This document shows positions 11,340-23,084 of a DNA stretch of 64,000 nucleotides, one piece after another (the first letter of the stretch is position 1; each line of letters begins with the position of its first letter). Below the pieces are notes generated by a model. It was given only the letters and a program-made list of their open reading frames with translations, did no database searches and had not been told where the DNA came from. The translations under genes and the position numbers were made by a program. The stretch spans positions 228,284,001 through 228,348,000 of the forward strand of contig NC_091285.1 of the NCBI RefSeq assembly GCF_032444005.1. Direction: 5' to 3'. The stretch is from Ranitomeya imitator (taxonomy: Eukaryota).

Positions 11340-13900
11340 GTGGCAACAAATGAGAGAGATGCCACACACGCAGGACTGTCACTGAAGCGCAAATGTAAAT
11401 ATTAATCTCCCACTGATTTGTGTTTTTTTTTTTATAAAGGAGACTTTAGAAAAAAAAAAAAAAAAAAATGATTTTTTAAGGAAGAATTTATAAACCAAAT
11501 AAAATGAAATGATTTTTTCAGGGAGAATTTAGAAAACAAATAAAACATAAAATAGCCTTTCTAGGGCCCAGTGAGTGAGAGAGGACGCACACAGGAGTCA
11601 GGAGTGGCACACAAGCCCAGAGGCCAATATTTATCTCCCACTGATTGATTAAGTGATTTTTTCAGGTAGATTTTGGAACCCAAATCAAGCAAAAAAATTA
11701 ATAGGCTTTCTATGCCCCACTAGGGTTGAGCGAAACGGATCGTTCATTTTCAAAAGTCGCCGACTTTTGGCAAAGTCGGGTTTCATGAAACCCGACCCGA
11801 TCCCTGTGTGGGGTCGGCCATGCGGTACGCGACTTTCGCGCCAAAGTCGCGTTTCGTATGACGCGCTTGGCGCCATTTTTTTCAGCCAATGAAGGGGCGT
11901 GGGCAGAGTGATGACATAGGTCTTAGGGGCGTGGACACGCCTATCGCCATGTTGTCGCTTGTGCGCTGTAGCGATTTGCACTGTGCAACACCAGCTTTTC
12001 AGTTCAGGGACGGACGGAGGGAACAGGGGGAGAGGGGGGGAGAGAGAGAGAGAGAGAGAGGAAAAAAAAAAAAATCCCATTGCCTTTGCATTGGGTTTCG
12101 TGTTTCGGTCAATCCTCGACTTTTCGCCATAATCGGCCGATTTCACTCGACTCGACTTTTGAGATAGTCGGGTTTCGCGAAACCCGGCTCGACCCTAAAA
12201 AAGTCAAGGTCGCTCAACCCTATGCCCCACAATTGGAAAGAGATGGCACACCCAGGAGTCAAGACTGGCACACAAGCAGAAAGGGCAATATTAATCTCCC
12301 ACTGATTTGTTTTTTTTTGTTTTTTTCAGGGAGACTTTAGAAAAAAAAAAATACAAAAAAAATGATTTTTTTCAGGAATAATTTAGAAACCAAATAAAAT
12401 AAAATGATTTTTTCAGGGAGAATTTAGAAAACAAATAAAACAAAAAATAGGCTTTCTAGGGCCCACTGAGTGAGAGAGGACGCACACAGGAGTCAGGAGT
12501 GGCACACAAGCCCAGAGGCCAATATTTATCTCCCACTGATTGATTAAGTGATTTTTTCAGGTAGATTTTGGAACCCAAATCAAGCAAAAAAATTAATAGG
12601 CTTTCTATGCCCCACAATTGGAGAGAGATGGCACACCCAGGAGTCAAGACTGGCACACAAGCAGAAAGGGCAATATTAATCTCCCACTGATTTGTTTGTT
12701 TTTTTTTTTCAGGGAGACTTTAGAAAAAAAAAATACAAAAAAAATGATTTTTTTCAGGAATAATTTAGAAACCAAATAAAATAAAATGATTTTTTCAGGG
12801 AGAATTTAGAAAACAAATAAAACAAAAAATAGGCTTTCTAGGGCCCACTGAGTGAGAGAGGACGCACACAGGAGTCAGGAGTGGCACACAAGCCCAGAGG
12901 CCAATATTTATCTCCCACTGATTGATTTAGTGATTTTTTCAGGTAGATTTTGGAACCCAAATCAAGCAAAAAAATTAATAGGCTTTCTATGGCCCACAAT
13001 TGGAGAGAGAGAGATGGCACACCCAGGAGTCAAGACTGGCACACAAGCAGAAAGGGCAATATTAATCTCCCACTGATTTGTTTTTTTTTTTGTTTTTTTC
13101 AGTGAGACTTTAGAAAAAAAAAATACAAAAAAAATGATTTTTTTCAGGAATAATTTAGAAACCAAATAAAATAAAATGATTTTTTCAGGGAGAATTTAGA
13201 AAACAAATAAAACAAAAAATAGGCTTTCTAGGGCCCACTGAGTGAGAGAGGACGCACACAGGAGTCAGGAGTGGCACACAAGCCCAGAGGCCAATATTTA
13301 TCTCCCACTGATTGATTTATTGATTTTTTCAGGTAGAATTTAGAACCCAAATCAACCAAAAAAATTAATAGGCTTTCTATGGCCCACTATTTGTGAGAGA
13401 GATGGCACGCTCAGGACTGGCACACAAGCCCAGAGGCCAATATTAATCTCCCACTTTTTTTTTTTTTTCCAGGGAAAATTTATAAACCCAATAAAAAAAA
13501 TAATAAATAGGCTTTCTATGGCCCACTATCTGAGAGAGAGAGATGGCACGCTTAGGACTGGCACACAAGCCCAAAGGCCAATATTAATCTCCCACTGATT
13601 GATTTATTGATTTTTTCAGGTAGATTTTGGAACCCAAATCAAGCAAAAAAATAAATAGGCTTTCTATGGCCCACTGAGAGATGGCACACACAGGAGTAAG
13701 GAGTGGCACACAAGCCCTGAGGCCAATATTTTTCTCCCACTGATTGATGTAGTGATTTTTTCAGGTAGATTTTAGAACCCAAATCAAGCAAAAAAATAAA
13801 TAGGCTTTCTATGGCCCACTGAGTGAGAGATGACACAGACAGGGATGGCACTCTAGCAGAAATGCCAATCTTAATCTCCCACAAAAAAAAAAAAAATTAC
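11340..13900. repeat. AT-rich composite subterminal array (~385-bp units built from shorter TGGCACACAAG/ATCTCCCACTGATT subunits)
   Basis: CTAGGGCCCA..GTGAGAGAGGACGCACACAGGAGTCAGG recurs at ~11560, 12456, 12838, 13228. The first interval is longer by the 510 bp of the nested MITE plus its TSD. Confidence 0.9.
11721..12222 (+). mobile_element. 502-bp hAT MITE of the same family, nested in opposite orientation
   Basis: Perfect TIRs TAGGGTTGAGCGA/TCGCTCAACCCTA; 8-bp TSD TGCCCCAC at 11713-11720 and 12223-12230. Each end matches one end of the host element. Confidence 0.96.
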
Positions 13901-14298
13901 TATCTCCCTGCAGTAATCTCAGCCAGGTATGGCAGGCAGCAATAAGGAGTGGACTGATGCACAAATTAAATAAAAAGTGTGGACAAACAAACAAGATAGC
14001 TGTGCAGAAAGGAAGGAACAAGAGGATTTGTGCTTTGAAAAAAGCAGTTGGTTTGCACAGCGGCGTACACACAGCAATGCAGCTATCAGGGAGCCTTCTA
14101 GGGCAGCCCAATGAGCTACAGCGCTGAGGGGAAAAAAAAAAAATGTAGCTTCCACTGTCCCTGCACACCGAAGGTGGTGTTGGGCAGTGGAAATCGCTAC
14201 AGCACAAGCGGTTTGGTGGTTAATGGACCCTGCCTAACGCTATCCCTGCTTCTGACGAAGCGGCAGCAACCTCTCCCTAGGCTCAGATCAGCAGCAGT

Positions 14299-14361
14299 AA
14301 CATGGCGGTCGGCGGGAACGCCCCTTTATAGCCCCTGTGACGCCGCGGACAGCAAGCCAAT
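14299..14361 (-). promoter_or_regulatory. Candidate hAT transposase promoter (CCAAT, TATAAA, YY1-like)
   Basis: CCAAT 14357-14361; minus-strand TATAAA at 14325-14330; AACATGGCGG (YY1-like) at 14299-14308. Oriented toward the transposase ATG at 11190. Motif match only. Confidence 0.45.
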
Positions 14362-14645
14362 CACTGCAATGCCCTTCTCTAAGATGGTGGGGACCAGGAC
14401 CTATGTCATCACGCTGCCCACACTCTGCGTTTACCTTCATTGGCTGAGAAATGGCGCTTTTTGCGTCATTGAAACGCGACTTTGGCGCGAAAGTCGCGTA
14501 CCGCATGGCCGACCCCACACAGGGGTCGGATCGGGTTTCATGAAACCCGACTTTGTCAAAAGTCGGCGACTTTTGAAAATGTTCGACCCGTTTCGCTCAA
14601 CCCTACTGATGTGTATAAATATGTGACTCTATAGATTTTGTGTTA

Positions 14646-14844
14646 GGGCCAAGACAGACTGCCGTATATCCCGTGCGATGATCGCACTGCACTACACGGG
14701 CTGGCCGAGGACCTCTCCAGACCTGAGCATGACAGAGTGATGTATTTCTGTGCAGCTGTCAAGCTCAGGTCAGGAGAGTAGACAACCAGTACGAGAATTA
14801 TGATGCGATCCTCACATGAGTTATACAGCAGTCTGTCTTTGCCC
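14646..14844. mobile_element. ~200-bp MITE, PIF/Harbinger-like
   Basis: TIRs GGGCCAAGACAGACTGC / GCAGTCTGTCTTTGCCC (one mismatch), flanked by TTA and TAA. Confidence 0.65.
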
Positions 14845-15519
14845 TAATACAGAGTCTGATGAAGAGATCTGAGTAGTCGCAAAAGTTTGTTATTTATTGC
14901 CATCCTTTTAGTTAGCCATTAAAAGGTATTGCAGTGCCCCAGAGTCCTGGTCGTTACAGTAATGTCGCTCTGCCACTAAGGGGAGTGATGTTATGTCTGA
15001 TTGCACTAAAGGAGTTCACCTGACCAGGTATCACAGTCACACATTACACTTCACACTCTGGCCACCAGGGGAGCAAAAGGCACTATGTATTAGGCCACTC
15101 CTCACACTCTGGTAAACCTGAGGGTTGGACAGGAAGTTAGGGAGAAAGCAGCCCGGGAGAGTTCGGGAGAGGACCTGTCAGAAGTGGGAACCTGGCAGGT
15201 ACCTTGCAGAAAGGACAGATTGTTACGGAGCTGCACCTGCACTACCTTGCGGCGGTATCTCAAGGAAGGACACGAAGTGAAGTATATTGTGGAGAAGTGA
15301 GAAGCGGGATCATAGTGGAAGGAGATAGAACCAGAAGGAGTCATGCCCCTAAGACTGTGGCAACATCCTTCTGAAGCGTGTAGCCGGTGGCCGGAGCACC
15401 AAGGAAGTAACAGACTCTATGCATTACTTCAAACAGCGGCAGGACAGTTAATTATAGGTTGGCTGTCTAACTTAAATCACCTAAACGGACAAAGGAGGCA
15501 ATCGTGGGAGAGGGGCGTC

Positions 15520-18500
15520 TGTTATGAAAGGCAATTCAATATAACAATGGACATGGAGGTCAGAGCACACACAGTGATCTGACAATAACCCAAAATAACA
15601 GAACGAGCTCTGAGACGTGGAAACTCTGCAGACCGCAATCCCTGATCCTCTCCAAACACAACTAGAGGCAGCCGTGGATTGCGCCTAACGCTCCCTATGC
15701 AACTCGGCACAGCCTGAGAAACTAACTAGCCTGAAGATAGAAAAATAAGCCTACCTTGCCTCAGAGAAATACCCCAAAGGAAAAGGCAGCCCCCCACATA
15801 TAATAACTGTGAGTAAGATGAAAAGACAAACGTAGGGATGAAATAGATTCAGCAAAGTGAGGCCCGATATTCTAGACAGAACGAGGATAGGAAAGATAAC
15901 TTTGCGGTCTACACAAAACCCTAAAGAAAACCACGCAAAGGGGCAAAAAGACCCTCCGTACCGAACTAACGGCACGGAGGTACACCCTTTGCGTCCCAGA
16001 GCTTCCAGCAAAACAAATAGACAAGCTGGACAGAAAAAATAGCAACAAATAGCAAAGAAGCACTTAGCTATGCAGAGCAGCAGGCCACAGGAATGATCCA
16101 GAGAAACACAAGTCCAACACTGGAACATTGACAGGAAGCATGAATCAAAGCATTAGGTGGGGTTAAGTAGAGAAGCACCTAACGACCTCACCAGATCACC
16201 TGAGGGAGGAAACTCAGAAGCAGCAGTACCAGTTTCCTCCACAAACGGAAGCTCCCAGAGAGAATCAGCCGAAGTACCACTTGTGACCACAGGAGGGAGC
16301 TCTGCCACAGAATTCACAACAGTACCCCCCCCTTGAGGAGGGGTCACCGAACCCTCACCAGAGCCCCCAGGCCGACCAGGATGAGCCACATGAAAGGCAC
16401 GAACAAGATCGGGAGCATGGACATCAGAGGCAAAAACCCAGGAATTATCCTCCTGAGCATAACCCTTCCATTTAACCAGATACTGGAGTTTCCGTCTTGA
16501 AACACGAGAATCCAAAATCTTCTCCACAATATACTCCAATTCCCCCTCCACCAAAACCGGGGCAGGAGGGTCAACAGATGGAACCATAGGTGCCACGTAT
16601 CTCCGCAACAATGACCTATGGAAGACGTTATGTATGAAAAAAGAATCTGGGAGGGTCAGACGAAAAGACACAAGATTAATAACCTCAGAAATCCTATAAG
16701 GACCAATGAAACGAGGTTTAAACTTCGGAGAGGAAACCTTCATAGGAATATGACGAGAAGATAACCAAACCAGATCCCCAACACGAAGTCGGGGACCGAC
16801 ACGGCGTCTTCAATTAGCGAAACATTGAGCCTTCTCCTGGGACAAGGTCAAATTGTCCACTACATGAGTCCAAATCTGCTGCAACCTGTCCACCACAGTA
16901 TCCACACCAGGACAGTCCAAAGACTCAACCTGTCCTGAAGAGAAACGAGGATGGAACCCAGAATTGCAGAACAATGGCGAAACCAAGGTAGCCGAGCTGG
17001 CCCGATTATTAAGGGCGAACTCAGCCAAAGGCAAAAAGGACACCCAGTCATCCTGATCGGCAGAAACAAAGCATCTCAGATAGGTTTCCAAGGTCTGATT
17101 GGTTCGTTCGGTCTGGCCATTAGTCTGAGGATGAAAAGCCGAGGAAAAAGACAAGTCAATGCCCATCCTACCACAAAAGGCTCGCCAAAACCTCGAAACA
17201 AACTGGGAACCTCTGTCAGAAACGATATTCTCTGGAATGCCATGCAAACGAACCACATGCTGGAAGAACAACGGCACCAAATCAGAGGAGGAAGGCAACT
17301 TGGACAAGGGTACCAGATGGACCATCTTAGAAAAGCGATCACAGACCACCCAAATGACTGACATCTTTTGAGAGACGGGAAGATCTGAAAAAAAATCCAT
17401 AGAGATATGTGTCCAAGGTCTCTTCGGGAGCGGCAAGGGCAAAAGCAACCCACTGGCACGAGAACAGCAGGGCTTAGCCCGAGCACAAATCCCACAGGAC
17501 TGCACAAAAGAACGCACAGCCCGCGACAGAGATGGCCACCAAAAGGATCTAGCCACTAACTCTCTGGTACCAAAGATTCCAGGATGACCAGCCAACACCG
17601 AACAATGAACCTCAGAGATCACTTTATTTGTCCACCTATCTGGGACAAACAGTTTCTCCGCTGGACAACGATCAGGTTTATTAGCCTGAAATTTTTGCAG
17701 CACCCGCCGCAAATCAGGGGAGATGGCAGACACAATTACTCCTTCCTTGAGGATACCCGCCGGCTCAGATAAACCCAGAGAGTCGGGCACAAAACTCCTA
17801 GACAGAGCATCCGCCTTCACATTTTTAGAGCCCGGAAGGTACGAAATCACAATGTCAAAACGGGCGAAAAACAGCGACCAACGAGCCTGTCTAGGATTCA
17901 AACGCTTAGCAGACTCGAGATAAGTCAGGTTCTTATGATCAGTCAATACCACCACGCGATGCTTAGCTCCTTCAAGCCAATGACGCCACTCCTCGAATGC
18001 CCACTTCATGGCCAGCAACTCTCGGTTGCCCACATCATAATTCCGCTCAGCAGGCGAAAACTTCCTGGAAAAAAAAGCGCATGGTTTCATCACTGAACAA
18101 TCAGAACCTCTCTGCGACAAAACAGCCCCTGCTCCAATCTCAGAAGCATCAACCTCGACCTGGAACGGAAGAGAAACATCTGGTTGACACAACACAGGGG
18201 CAGAAGAAAAACGACTCTTCAACTCTTGAAAAGCTTCCACAGCAGCAGAAGACCAATTGACCAAATCAGCAGCCTTCTTGGTCAAATCGGTCAATGGTTT
18301 GGCAATACTAGAAAAATTGCAGATGAAGCGACGATAAAAACTAGCAAAGCCCAGGAACTTTTGCAGACTTTTCAGAGATGTCGGCTGAGTCCAATCATGG
18401 ATGGCTTGGACCTTAACAGGATCCATCTCGATAGTAGAAGGGGAAAAGATGAACCCCAAAAATGAAACCTTCTGCACACCAAAGAGACACTTTGATCCCT

Positions 18501-21320
18501 TCACAAACAAAGAATTAGCACGCAGGACCTGAAAAACCGTTATGACCTGTTTCACATGAGACTCCCAATCATCCGAGAAGATCAAAATGTCATCCAAGTA
18601 CACAATCAGGAATTTATCCAGGTACTCTCGGAAGATGTCATGCATAAAGGACTGAAACACTGATGGAGCATTGGCAAGTCCGAATGGCATCACTAGATAC
18701 TCAAAATGACCCTCGGGCGTATTAAATGCAGTTTTCCATTCATCGCCTCGCCTGATTCGCACCAGATTATACGCACCACGAAGATCAATCTTGGTGAACC
18801 AACTAGCCCCCTTAATCCGAGCAAACAAATCAGACAACAAAGGCAAGGGGTACTGAAATTTAACAGTGATCTTATTAAGAAGGCGATAATCTATACAAGG
18901 TCTCAGCGAACCATCCTTTTTGGCTACAAAAAAGAACCCTGCTCCTAATGGCGACGATGACGGGCGAATATGCCCCTTCTCCAGGGATTCCTTCACATAA
19001 CTGCGCATAGCGGTGTGCTCAGGCACGGATAAATTAAACAGTCGACCTTTTGGGAATTTACCACCAGGAATCAAATTGATAGCACAATCACAATCCCTAT
19101 GCGGAGGTAGGGCATCGGACTTGGGCTCATCAAATACATCCCGGTAATCAGACAAGAACTCTGGAACTTCAGAAGGGGTGGAAGACGAAATTGACAAAAA
19201 TGGAACATCACCATGTACCCCCTGACAACCCCAGCTGGACACCGACATGGATTTCCAATCCAATACTGGATTATGGGCTTGTAGCCATGGCAACCCCAAC
19301 ACGACCACATCATGCAGATTATGCAACACCAGAAAGCGAATAACCTCCTGATGTGCAGGAGCCATGCACATGGTCAGCTGGGTCCAGTATTGAGGCTTAT
19401 TCTTGGCCAAAGGCGTAGCATCAATTCCTCTCGATGGAATAGGACACTGCAAGGGCTCCAAGAAAAACCCACAACGCTTAGCATATTCCAAGTCCATCAA
19501 ATTCAGAGCAGGGCCTGAATCCACAAACGCCATGACAGAATATGATGACAAAGAGCAGATCAAGGTAACGGACAGAAGAAATTTTGACTGTACCGTACCA
19601 ATGGTGGCAGACCTAGCGAACCGCTTAGTGCGCTTAGGACAATCAGAGATAGCATGAGTGGAATCACCACAGTAGAAACACAGCCCATTCAGACGTCTGT
19701 GTTCTTGCCGTTCAACTCTGGTCAAAGTCCTATCGCACTGCATAGGCTCAGGTTTAAGCTCAGGTAATACCGCCAAATGGTGCACAGATTTACGCTCACG
19801 CAAGCGTCGACCGATCTGAATAGCCAAAGACATAGACTCATTCAGACCAGCAGGCATAGGAAATCCCACCATGACATCCTTAAGGGCTTCAGAGAGACCC
19901 TTTCTGAACATTGCTGCCAGCGCAGATTAATTCCATTGAGTGAGCACTGACCATTTTCTAAATTTCTGGCAATATACCTCTATCTCATCCTGACCCTGAC
20001 AAAGAGCCAGCAAATTATTTTCTGCCTGATCCACTGAATTAGGCTCATCGTACAGCAATCCGAGCGCCAGGAAAAACGCATTGATATTACTTAATGCAGG
20101 ATCTCCTGGCGCAAGAGAAAATGCCCAGTCCTGAGGGTCGCCGCGCAAAAAAGAAATAATAATCAAAACCTGTTGAACTGGATCACCAGAGGAACGAGGT
20201 TTCAAGGCCAGAAATAACTTACAATTATTTTTGAAACTCAGAAACTTAGTTCTATCTCCAAAAATCAAATCAGGAATAGGAATTCTTGGTTCTAACATAG
20301 ATTTCTGATCAATAGTGTCTTGAATCTTTTGTACTCTTGCCGAGAGCTGATCCACAAATGAAGACAGACTTCTAATGTCCATCGCTGCACCTGTGTACTG
20401 AACCACCCAAATGTCTAGGGGAAAAAAAAGACAAAACACAATGCCAAGAAAAAAAAATGGTCTCAGAACTTGTTTTTTCCCTCTATTGAGAATCATTAGT
20501 ACTTTTGGCTTCCTGTACTGTTATGAAAGGCAATTCAGTATAACAATGGACATGGAGGTCAGAGCACACACAGTGATCTGACAATAACCCAAAATAACAG
20601 AACGAGCTCTGAGACGTGGAAACTCTGCAGACCGCAATCCCTGATCCTCTCCAAACACAACTAGAGGCAGCCGTGGATTGCGCCTAACGCTCCCTATGCA
20701 ACTCGGCACAGCCTGAGAAACTAACTAGCCTGAAGATAGAAAAATTAGCCTACCTTGCCTCAGAGAAATACCCCAAAGGAAAAGGCAGCCCCCCACATAT
20801 AATGACTGTGAGTAAGGTGAAAAGACAAACGTAGGGATGAAATAGATTCAGCAAAGTGAGGCCCGATATTCTAGACAGAACGAGGATAGGAAAGATAACT
20901 TTGCGGTCTACACAAAACCCTAAAGAAAACCACGCATAGGGGCAAAAAGACCCTCCGTACCGAACTAACGGCACGGAGGTACACCCTTTGCGTCCCAGAG
21001 CTTCCAGCAAAACAAATAGACAAGCTGGACAGAAAAAATAGCAACAAATAGCAAAGAAGCACTTAGCTATGCAGAGCAGCAGGCCACAGGAATGATCCAG
21101 AGAAACACAAGTCCAACACTGGAACATTGACAGGAAGCATGAATCAAAGCATTAGGTGGGGTTAAGTAGAGAAGCACCTAACGACCTCACCAGATCACCT
21201 GAGGGAGGAAACTCAGAAGCAGCAGTACCAGTTTCCTCCACAAACGGAAGCTCCCAGAGAGAATCAGCCGAAGTACCACTTGTGACCACAGGAGGGAGCT
21301 CTGCCACAGAATTCACAACA
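15520..21320 (-). mobile_element. Chromodomain Gypsy B (Tf1/sushi-like chromovirus), full length and young
   Basis: Two 802-bp LTRs (15520-16321, 20519-21320) with ~5 substitutions by eye; 6-bp TSD GGCGTC (15514-15519, 21321-21326); minus-strand PPT next to 16322. Confidence 0.96.
16153..20496 (-). pseudogene. pol: Single gag-pol frame of Gypsy B (gag, PR, RT, RH, IN, chromodomain), two nonsense mutations
   Basis: ORFs 19927-20496, 16810-19911 and 16153-16743 share one frame, split by TAA (19927-19929) and TGA (16810-16812). CCHC CFYCGDSTHAISDC; PR VDSG; RT YLDD; IN H..GH..C..C, SDRG, QTER; chromodomain EYIVEKILDSR..QYLVKWKGY..NSW. Confidence 0.95.
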
Positions 21321-21761
21321 GGCGTCTCTAGGGTCCCAGAATAACTCCAGGCTTACCTGTCATACGGGTGCATCCAAGCCATATTATCTGGGGACGGAGA
21401 GAGAAAGAACAGATACGACAGTTGTGAGGACTATTCCGTGGTGCTCAGCAGGGAAGAACTACAACACACAGGCGCTAGAAGGTAGACACTGATTTCCATC
21501 TGTGAAGGGAACTCTGGATGTGCCTTCGGACCGGCCGGTCTCAGCCAGCCCTGTTAGCAATGCTCCGGATTGCGGACCCCGAAGCCTTCAGTAAAAAGGT
21601 AAAGAAACTGCAACCCTGCGTCCTCGTTATTCCTCGCATCTTGCACCATGCACCATCACCTTTCATTGGATGCCCCTTAGCAGGGTCACGGACCAGGTCT
21701 AGCCACAGTGACAACCCCGGACCGAGTACCCCGCGGCCCTGTGTCTCGGGGCGCTCCAACT

Positions 21762-21779
21762 TGGCGTCACGAACAGGAT
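21762..21779 (+). promoter_or_regulatory. Primer binding site of Gypsy A (probably tRNA-Ser)
   Basis: TGGCGTCACGAACAGGAT, 3 nt after the LTR end. Reverse complement ATCCTGTTCGTGACG-CCA resembles the 3' end of a vertebrate tRNA-Ser(CGA); from recall, not searched. Confidence 0.75.
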
Positions 21780-22054
21780 GTACTTAAGCCTGAAGAATCA
21801 GGTCATGTGTGCCTTGGAACTGTGACTTATTGCAAAGACTGTGTATCGCTATTTGCCGACAAAAATCCGCCATTGCCGCGCCGTGTGGAGCACGAGGGGA
21901 GGAGCTATAGCTCCGTGGGTGCAGCCGGCTGGAAAAGAGCGCGGAGTGGGAAGATGCGGTGAGGTGCCGATCCCGGAAGAAGTACCGCGACCCCGGCGCC
22001 GATCCCGGAAGGAGAACCCCGACCCCGGCAGGTTAGCAGGGGGGAGGAACGGCC

Positions 22055-23073
22055 ATGTCAGATCCCGGAGGGGCGGAGGTGGCGGCCACAGCTGCAGACT
22101 CGGGGGCATTTCCAGATTCCGTAGCAGACGCAGCCACGGGCCCGGTATCACCGCTGGAGGCCATGGGGCTTGCTGCTCCCATCAGCCAGCCGGACACTGC
22201 CACAGCTACGACAGCCATAATGCCCTTCCCTATGCCGTACCTACCAGGAGCCGCCTGGCTCCCGCGATACTCTAGAGAATCCCATACGTTAACTGACTTT
22301 AAAGAGGGGATTTGTAGCCTGCTTGAGTTTTATCCCTTGACAGAGCCTCAGAAAGTTCATATGATAACCGGCCAACACTTTGGAGCGTCATTGATGGAAG
22401 TGAAGTCCTGGCCCGTTGCGGATAAGAAAACTGTGCAACAGGTATTTGCAAAGCTTAACACCACCTTTGACACCCGCACCGCTACGGAAATTAAATTGAC
22501 GTTCTATGGGTGCAAGCAGAGGCCGCAGGATAGCTTACGGGACTATGCCCTTAATCTTCAGGAGACGCTGCGGGCCATCAAGCAAAGTGATCCAAACAGC
22601 ATGCAAGATGAAGATAAACTCCTGAAGGAGCGGTTCATCGAGGGGCTCCTGTGCAGTAAGCAAAGGGCCCAGCTACACTTCCTGGCCATGCAGAATCCAG
22701 ACCTGACTTTCGCGCAATTCAAAGATAAAGCCATTTAGGCACTACCAGAGCGACAGCCCAGCCGTGCCACACTTCCCAGGCGTCAAGCCCTCACGTACCA
22801 CCAGGAGGTGGCGCCGGACGCACCCGTTTCCGATGAGGAACAGTCCAATCCCTACAGGAAGCCCCCAAGGAGAAGATCCAGTTGGCTTCCAGACCGGAAG
22901 ATGTCCCCTGGCAGCGACCAAGGAGAGTTCCGTCGACCAGAGGCAGAGACGACGATCGCTTTCATCGGGATGGACGACCTATCTGCCGCCGCTGCCACCA
23001 GGTGGGCCATCTTGCAAGGTTCTGTCAGGTAAACAAGCAACCCCTGGGGCAGAGGGCCAACCCCCAGGAGTAG
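22055..23073 (+). pseudogene. gag: gag of Gypsy A, disrupted
   Basis: ORF 22055-22738 is capsid-like (QRPQDSLRDYALNL, LKERFIEGL). CCHC knuckle CRRCHQVGHLARFC follows in another frame (22882-23073). Confidence 0.8.
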
Positions 23074-23084
23074 AACAGTCAGGC

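Larger units (their letters stand above)
1086..14605 (-). mobile_element. Giant (13,520 bp) hAT DNA transposon, complete ends
   Basis: TIRs TAGAGTTGAGCGA (1086) and TCGCTCAACCCTA (ends 14605), one mismatch. Exact 8-bp TSD CTGATGTG at 1078-1085 and 14606-14613. Internal hAT transposase on the minus strand. Confidence 0.96.
14930..21758 (+). repeat. 5' LTR of Gypsy A, split by Gypsy B (14930-15519 + 21321-21758)
   Basis: Both halves align to the 3' LTR at 31373-32392; about 10 differences in the first 200 bp by eye. Confidence 0.93.

Noticed and set aside
14856-14862. CTGATGA as another hammerhead core
   Set aside because: No stem II, GAAA or stem I partner follows.
16344-16600. Host chromodomain gene
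   Set aside because: In frame with the retrotransposon integrase and inside LTRs.
19927-19929. Programmed stop readthrough between gag and pol of Gypsy B
   Set aside because: Related Gypsy D has Glu here (QWNECALAA versus QWN*SALAA), so this is a nonsense mutation in a single ORF.
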